64,000 bases of DNA from an uncultured Candidatus Saccharibacteria bacterium. Lineage in GTDB: Bacteria; Patescibacteriota; Minisyncoccia; Phycocordibacterales; UBA918. The notes beneath the pieces were generated by a model. That model was not told the origin of the DNA. It ran no database searches and saw only the letters and a list, made by a program, of their open reading frames with translations. The translations under genes and the position numbers were made by a program. Below are positions 59,196 through 64,000 of the stretch, piece after piece. The first letter of the stretch is position 1; each line of letters opens with the position of its first letter. The stretch covers positions 340,936 through 404,935 of the forward strand of contig CAYGJY010000002.1 in NCBI GenBank assembly GCA_964350645.1, read 5' to 3'.

Positions 59196-59681
59196 ATGGC
59201 AACTAAAAAAACCCCAAAGAAGAGTAAGAGTTTATCAGCTGCAGATAAGGTTAGTATCGGTGTGGGGCTCACTGCTGCAGCGGTGACAGCTGCCGGTGCG
59301 TATTTCCTCTATGGTAGCAAGGATGCTAAATCAAATCGCGCTAAAGTAAAAAGCTGGATGTTGAAAGCCAAAGCTGAAGTGCTAGAAACACTTGAGCAAG
59401 CAGAAAACATGACCAAGTCTGAGTACGATGCTCTTATTGAGACAGTCGCTAAAAGTTACGCTGGTCTTAAAGAGGCAAGCAAAGTAGACATCAGTAATTT
59501 CCGCAAAGAGATGAAAGAGCACTGGCCGATGATTGAGAAGGAAGGGAAACAAGCCTTCGCTGTCGTTGAAAAGACGGTAAAGAATTTTACGACTAAGAAA
59601 AAGCCAGCCAAGAAAGCTGTAAAGAAAACAGCTAAAAAAGCTGCAAAAAAAGCTACTAAGAAAGCAGCAAAAAAAGCTTAG
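59196..59681 (+). CDS. Membrane-associated protein with histone-H1-like KKAA tail
   Basis: AAGAYFLYG hydrophobic segment; C-terminal (KKAA/KKTA)n. Confidence 0.7.
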   Translation: MATKKTPKKSKSLSAADKVSIGVGLTAAAVTAAGAYFLYGSKDAKSNRAKVKSWMLKAKAEVLETLEQAENMTKSEYDALIETVAKSYAGLKEASKVDISNFRKEMKEHWPMIEKEGKQAFAVVEKTVKNFTTKKKPAKKAVKKTAKKAAKKATKKAAKKA

Positions 59682-59706
59682 TAAGTCACTTTTACACAGA
59701 GAACAG

Positions 59707-59735
59707 AACAGGCGCATCCTTCGGATGCGCCTGTT
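59707..59735. terminator. Hairpin
   Basis: AACAGGCGCATCC-TTC-GGATGCGCCTGTT. Confidence 0.65.
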
Positions 59736-59751
59736 GCGTTATGATTGTCAG

Positions 59752-60603
59752 ATGCCATCGCTTCACCGTCATATTGTTTCTGGATTATTGGTGTGTGGAA
59801 TGGTCATGCTACTGGCGACCGTGCTTGATTGGTTGCAACCAACGCCAGATGAAACACAGCCGGCGTACTTGATCCAGGTAGAGACTCTGCCAGCGGTGAC
59901 GGCACAAAGTTGGTTGATATTCGATGTTCTTGACGGTACTGTCCTTGCTAGTCAGCAGGCAGATGAGCAGGTACCAATTGCGTCGGTTACCAAATTATTT
60001 ACTGCGGCTGCGTTTCGTGATCATTTTGACCTGGCGGCGACACAGACTGTTAGTTACGCAGACATCGTTACTGAAGGGCGGGCAGGGAAATTACAGGTGG
60101 GCGAGGTCTACTCGGCGCGTGAGCTTTTGTTTCCGTTACTACTTGAATCTTCTAATGATGCTGCAGCGGTGTTACTTCGTGAACAACCGGAGTTACTAGT
60201 CTATATGGAGGAGTTGTCAAAAGAGCTAGGTCTCGCACAGACAACCTTTGCTGATACTTCGGGTTTATCTGACGGTAATCTTTCCAGCGCAAGTGACCTG
60301 GGTGTTCTACTGCGCTATCTTCAGACTGACCAACCACACATCCTTGATATCACTCGGCTGCCCGACTACTACAGTGCCGCCAACGGCTGGTTTAATTCTA
60401 GTCCATTTGTAGGAGCAGCAGACTATCGTGGTGGTAAACACGGTTATACTTTCGAAGCGAATCGTACAGCGGCCGTTATGTTCACAGAGCAATTTATTGG
60501 TGGAGATCGTCTTGTGGGCTACATACTCCTTGGCAGTGATGATTTGCAGGCTGACATGGCGATACTCCGGTCTTTTGTTCGCGAAACTGTCTCGTATCAG
60601 TAA
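59752..60603 (+). CDS. D-alanyl-D-alanine carboxypeptidase (peptidase S11)
   Basis: SVTK, SSN, KHG (KTG variant). Confidence 0.85.
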   Translation: MPSLHRHIVSGLLVCGMVMLLATVLDWLQPTPDETQPAYLIQVETLPAVTAQSWLIFDVLDGTVLASQQADEQVPIASVTKLFTAAAFRDHFDLAATQTVSYADIVTEGRAGKLQVGEVYSARELLFPLLLESSNDAAAVLLREQPELLVYMEELSKELGLAQTTFADTSGLSDGNLSSASDLGVLLRYLQTDQPHILDITRLPDYYSAANGWFNSSPFVGAADYRGGKHGYTFEANRTAAVMFTEQFIGGDRLVGYILLGSDDLQADMAILRSFVRETVSYQ

Positions 60604-60621
60604 TCTGGTATACTAGCGACT

Positions 60622-61662
60622 ATGAGTGAAATGACGACCGCCCTGTACCGGAAATACCGGCCAGCAACATTTGCTGAGGTACAAGACCAAGATCATATTG
60701 TATCGGTTCTTGAAGGAGCGATTACAAAAGATGCGATCCCGCACGCACTGTTATTTTGCGGTGGACGAGGAACGGGGAAGACAACACTCGCACGTATTTT
60801 CGCTCGTGAGATCGGCACCAGTGATGTTGATTTATATGAGATCGACGCCGCAAGCAATCGTGGGATTGATGATATCCGCGAACTGAAAGAGGCGGTACAT
60901 ACTATGCCGTATGAATCGAAGCGTAAGGTGTACATTATCGATGAGGTACATATGCTTACTAAAGAAGCGTTTAATGCACTCCTGAAGACGCTTGAAGAGC
61001 CACCGGCGCACGTGGTGTTTATCCTTGCAACCACTGAAGAAGAGAAGCTCCTTGATACGATTACTTCCCGCTGCCAGGTGTTTACCTTTCGAAGTCCATC
61101 GCGAGCGGTATTGGCAAAGACTGTTACGGCTGTCGCTAAAAAAGAGGGATTTACTTTGAAAAAAGAAGCAGCGGATCTGATTGCTATCGCCGCTGATGGT
61201 TCGTTTCGTGATGCTCTTGGAGTGACACAGAAAGTCATCTTAGCTTCGGGTGATGAGATTGGGGAAGCAGACGAAGTGGCGACTATTATCGGTGCGCCAA
61301 AATCTTCGATTTTGGCGCACCTCATGACCGCCCTCCACGACAAGAACACCGCTGACGCTCTGGCTGCTGTTGCCGAAGCAACTGCCAATCACACCGATAT
61401 GAAAATATTTGTGCGACTTCTTCTCGAGCGCGTGCGCGCCGTGATGTTGCTGCGAAACGCACCAGCCCGGAGTGAGGCAATCCTCAGTAATTTCAGTGAA
61501 ACTGACCAAGAGCAACTAAAAACATTGGCTGAAGACAAAACCTCTGCGATCAACTCGCACCTTCTCATGAAGCTACTTGACGCTGCTCCACAGGTCGGCA
61601 AAACAGCCATAGCGGAACTACCCGTTGAACTGGTGATAATTCAGCACTGCACTGCTGAATAA
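60622..61662 (+). CDS. dnaX: DNA polymerase III subunit gamma/tau (short)
   Basis: LYRKYRP, GTGKTT, EIDAASN, IIDEVHML, SRC. Confidence 0.96.
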   Translation: MSEMTTALYRKYRPATFAEVQDQDHIVSVLEGAITKDAIPHALLFCGGRGTGKTTLARIFAREIGTSDVDLYEIDAASNRGIDDIRELKEAVHTMPYESKRKVYIIDEVHMLTKEAFNALLKTLEEPPAHVVFILATTEEEKLLDTITSRCQVFTFRSPSRAVLAKTVTAVAKKEGFTLKKEAADLIAIAADGSFRDALGVTQKVILASGDEIGEADEVATIIGAPKSSILAHLMTALHDKNTADALAAVAEATANHTDMKIFVRLLLERVRAVMLLRNAPARSEAILSNFSETDQEQLKTLAEDKTSAINSHLLMKLLDAAPQVGKTAIAELPVELVIIQHCTAE

Positions 61663-61665
61663 TCT

Positions 61666-62286
61666 ATGGAGATTTTTTTACTACGTCATGGGCAGACAAG
61701 TGCCAATCGCCAGCGTGTGCACCAGGCACTCGATACTCCTCTCGATGTAATTGGTTGGAGTGAGAGTGAGCGTGTCGCAGATCGGCTTCGGGTCCATGAA
61801 CCAACTTTGTTGTTGTCGAGTCCGGTGGCTCGAGCCTATGAGACAGCAGAGATTCTGGCTACTCGATTACAACTAAGAGTAGAATCCTGGCCCGAACTGG
61901 CTGAGCTTACACATCCAGCTTCGATTGTCGGATTAAAGCACGCAAGTCCCAAAGTCCTGTGGTATATGTGGCGGTGGTTTACGAGGCGGTCAGCGAGTAG
62001 TTTTGCCGGACAAGAAGGAGAATCACTCGCCAATTTCTTTGCTCGGATCAAGTCGGTCCAGGCTCGACTTGAAGATCTCCCTGTAAATGGGCGCGTGGTG
62101 GTAGTTACGCACTCAGTCTTTATCATCTTCTTTCTCTTACACTTGCAGCGGTCTCGGCCCGTGCCAGTGTGGCGGGCGTTGATAGTTTTATGTAAGGTTA
62201 CACACCTTAAAAACAGCAGTATCACACGTCTCTACTACGCGCAGGATGAAACTACGGGTGAGGGTAGTTGGGAGTTCTTGCGGTAG
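61666..62286 (+). CDS. Histidine phosphatase family protein
   Basis: LLRHGQT, SSP..RA.ETA, GES, VVTH. Confidence 0.9.
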   Translation: MEIFLLRHGQTSANRQRVHQALDTPLDVIGWSESERVADRLRVHEPTLLLSSPVARAYETAEILATRLQLRVESWPELAELTHPASIVGLKHASPKVLWYMWRWFTRRSASSFAGQEGESLANFFARIKSVQARLEDLPVNGRVVVVTHSVFIIFFLLHLQRSRPVPVWRALIVLCKVTHLKNSSITRLYYAQDETTGEGSWEFLR

Positions 62287-62479
62287 CGCCTTGAATCTTT
62301 GCCAATTTCTGGCAAGATGTAGCACACTCACCAGAGTGTTGAAGAAGAGAAAACAAAGATCCCTTGCCGCTTAAATAGTGTGGGACACTATTTAAGAAGG
62401 TTGCCAGGTATTTTGAAAAAATATCGACAACCTGAACAGATTCTGTAAGAATTCGTCTAATGGTCAAATATAGATCCCT

Positions 62480-62550
62480 TGCCGGATCGTCTAATGGTAG
62501 GACTACGGTTTCTGGTGCCGTCTATCGGGGTTCGAGTCCCTGTCCGGCAG
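62480..62550 (+). tRNA. tRNA-Gln (CTG)
   Basis: Cloverleaf with U1-A72; loop TTCTGGT. Confidence 0.95.
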
Positions 62551-62719
62551 CTCTTAGCATAAAACACCCGTTCAGGGTGTTTTTGCTTTAGAGCTGCCAG
62601 GAAGCAAGGTGTGGGACACCTTGCGTCAGGGGCTCGAAGCCGTTGACTACGATTTTGAAGTATGAAAAATCGTGACAACGGATACTGCTCGTGTAACGAG
62701 AGAGTATCCCTGTCCGGCA
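62551..62719 (+). repeat. Structured trailer ending in a 13-bp duplicate of the tRNA-Gln 3' end
   Basis: TCCCTGTCCGGCA at 62537-62549 and 62707-62719; internal antisense copy (CAGGGGCTCGAA) and hairpins. Confidence 0.75.
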
Positions 62720-63002
62720 ATAGTATCCATGTAAAATATAAATAGTTGCTGACCCCATTTACATCAAATAAAGCGATATAGTGAATTAGTAGCGAGTTCA
62801 CTTTTTCAAAAATAAAGAAAAAATAGGGCTAAGAAAGTGGGTTTATTAGAACCCACGCTTCAAAAGTTTGACAGCGATATTGGTGGTGGTAAAATTCAAC
62901 CTAGTTCGTGTTCAATTCTAAAATATGCGGCTTAAAACAAGGAGTATACTTTAGTATTGAAAGAACTTGAACAACTTTGAATTATAAATCATTTATAACA
63001 CT

Positions 63003-63593
63003 ATGGAAAAAATTGATTCACTAAGCATTAAAGAAAAAATCCGTCAGGCGGAAGAGAGTGTTGCGGACATGAAGGATGAGACACTAAAGAAAATCGCATT
63101 CGAAACAGTGCTTGCACAAATGCTTTCTGCCGGTGTCGCAACATCTGCATCTAAAAATTCCACCAAAACAAGGGATGGAAAAAAGAAGGCTTCTCCAAAA
63201 CGTTCGGAAAAGACAAAAAGTGTTCCTGAGAAAGTTTCTTCACTTGACCTAAATATGGAACAACTTAAGCAACTAAAAGAGTTCTACGATGCTCAAGCAC
63301 CAGATGGTACGGAGTCAGTGGTATTTACTCTGGCATATTTCATTCATGAGAATTTGTCTCTGAAGCATTTCCATGTGGCTGATATACACGTAATCTATCA
63401 GAACCTTCTGCCGCTGAAGCCTAATACTAGACCGCCTGCTATGTCTATTGATGAAATCAAACGTGCTGTGCGTTGGCTGGTCGCTCCGAGTAGAAAAAAA
63501 CAATGGATTAAAGATGTGGGAGAAGGTATGTATGAGGTCAGTCCACAAGGAATGCTTCGAATGACTTATGAATCTAAGAAAGCTAAGGAATAA
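63003..63593 (+). CDS. Hypothetical protein (possible C-terminal winged helix)
   Basis: 196-aa ORF in an AT-rich segment; ends with the G.YEVSPQG wing-like motif. Confidence 0.65.
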   Translation: MEKIDSLSIKEKIRQAEESVADMKDETLKKIAFETVLAQMLSAGVATSASKNSTKTRDGKKKASPKRSEKTKSVPEKVSSLDLNMEQLKQLKEFYDAQAPDGTESVVFTLAYFIHENLSLKHFHVADIHVIYQNLLPLKPNTRPPAMSIDEIKRAVRWLVAPSRKKQWIKDVGEGMYEVSPQGMLRMTYESKKAKE

Positions 63594-63598
63594 TACAT

Positions 63599-64000
63599 AT
63601 GGTTAAGTCAACTATAAAACTTGAGAATGGAACTCTCATCACTGTTGAAGGTACTGTCGAGGACGTTGCTAAGTTAATAAATATCTACGGTAGTCATGGT
63701 TCTGTACAACCAACAGAGGAAAACAAAAATGCTACTACTCATGATGTAGGCGATAGCGATAAAATGGACACTATAGCATTAGTCAACGCTACGAAGGATT
63801 CCGAATACTATGAGGGAATCGAAAAACATATCCTTGATAAAGCGGGTCAAGTAGACAGAGTACTACTGCCATTATTTATTGCAGAGATAAAGTTTGGAGC
63901 TGATGCATCTTTGACCTCTAATGGCGTGTATAAATTTCTAAAAGAGTTTGGAATAAATATGGCTTTGCCAAATATATCCAAAACCCTAAGTGGTCCCGCA
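63599..64000 (+). CDS. Hypothetical protein, 3'-truncated by window edge
   Basis: ATG 63599, MVKSTIKLENGTLITVEGTVEDVAKLI..., open to the end of the window. Confidence 0.65.
   Translation, partial: MVKSTIKLENGTLITVEGTVEDVAKLINIYGSHGSVQPTEENKNATTHDVGDSDKMDTIALVNATKDSEYYEGIEKHILDKAGQVDRVLLPLFIAEIKFGADASLTSNGVYKFLKEFGINMALPNISKTLSGPA

Noticed and set aside
62457-62801. 114-aa minus-strand ORF (also 27606..27866, 27805..28068, 28219..28482, 7253..7594)
   Set aside because: These overlap tRNA genes or terminators and are probably spurious.
1-64000. Genetic code 25 or 4 (TGA recoded), prompted by the in-frame TGA at 3104
   Set aside because: All long conserved genes are uninterrupted under code 11, TGA ends dprA and others at sensible positions, and tRNA-Trp has a CCA anticodon.
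1-64000. CRISPR array or cas genes
   Set aside because: No regularly spaced repeat-spacer series; the only clear tandem repeat (22391-22477) is coding and has no spacers.

Overview
A 64-kb chromosomal window that appears to come from a small-genome Candidate Phyla Radiation (Patescibacteria, Parcubacteria-like) bacterium. This is inferred from the short IF2, CPR-type bS21, a HisRS-like paralogue, arrays of VirB2/TrbC-like pilins and scarce Shine-Dalgarno motifs. The standard genetic code fits. Most of the window is housekeeping (glmS, trxB, ftsZ/ftsA, ybeY, rpsU, lepB, pth, rpsA, gyrA, trhO, rbfA, infB, cysteine desulfurase, clpB, miaA, parB, relA/spoT, topA, dprA, serS, dus, dnaX), with nine tRNA genes. 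Main observations: (1) an unannotated 15-codon leader peptide with six consecutive Ser codons and overlapping terminator/antiterminator arms upstream of serS, consistent with ribosome-mediated attenuation; (2) a ~9.6-kb large-serine-recombinase element integrated at tRNA-Tyr, whose crossover core lies inside the recombinase ORF so that its C-terminus would differ between integrated and excised states; it carries terminase-small-subunit-like, replication-like, YjzC-like and putative defence genes; (3) related structured trailers after three tRNAs (Cys, Trp, Gln); (4) pilin-like domains fused to peptidoglycan hydrolases; (5) a phased DnaA-box-like array and several candidate structured ncRNAs. 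All calls come from reading the sequence; no searches or folding programs were run.
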